64,000 bases of DNA from Podarcis pityusensis (taxonomy: Eukaryota). The notes under the pieces were generated by a model. That model ran no database searches. It was not told the origin of the DNA and saw only the letters and a list, made by a program, of their open reading frames with translations. Numbering within the stretch: position 1 is the first letter of the stretch; every line of letters starts with the position of its first letter. The position numbers were made by a program, and so were the translations under genes. This document shows, one piece after another, positions 63,860 to 64,000 of the stretch. The DNA is taken from the NCBI GenBank assembly GCA_964106645.2, contig OZ067043.1; one strand, 5' to 3'.

Positions 63860-64000
63860 GAGAAATGAAAGGTGAAGTCTATCCTTTTGGAATTGTTGGT
63901 ATGGCAAACAAGGGGGACTGTCTGCAAAAAGGAGAAACCGTAAAGTTCCAGCTTTGTGTCCTTGGTCAGAATGGACAAACAATGGCTTGTAACATTACAC
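63860..64000 (+). CDS. CSDE1: CSDE1 coding exon (truncated by the window end)
   Basis: (G)EMKGEVYPFGIVGMANKGDCLQKGETVKFQLCVLGQNGQTMACNIT. Confidence 0.95.

Overview
Vertebrate nuclear DNA, most likely from a lacertid lizard (inferred from the squamate-type SINE, L2 and MITE repeats). It covers the conserved NR1H5-SIKE1-CSDE1 block. On the minus strand are the first three coding exons of an apparently intact NR1H5 (FXR-beta) nuclear receptor gene, which runs off the left edge. About 25 kb of repeat-rich intergenic DNA follows. On the plus strand are a complete SIKE1 gene (a non-coding first exon plus 5 coding exons, 213 aa) and the 5' part of CSDE1/UNR (CpG-island promoter, two 5'UTR exons and 15 core coding exons), which runs off the right edge towards the expected NRAS. 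The most interesting region is the CSDE1 leader. It holds two uORFs, a hidden 42-codon upstream coding exon, and an alternative exon open in two frames, the second giving a 49-aa hydrophobic peptide whose stop overlaps the CSDE1 start codon. A candidate frame-switching cassette exon lies between these exons. CSDE1 also has a near-perfect 60-bp intronic hairpin and a GC-AG intron. Exon boundaries were read by hand from splice signals and frame continuity. Comparisons with orthologues and repeat-family names are from memory and need database confirmation.
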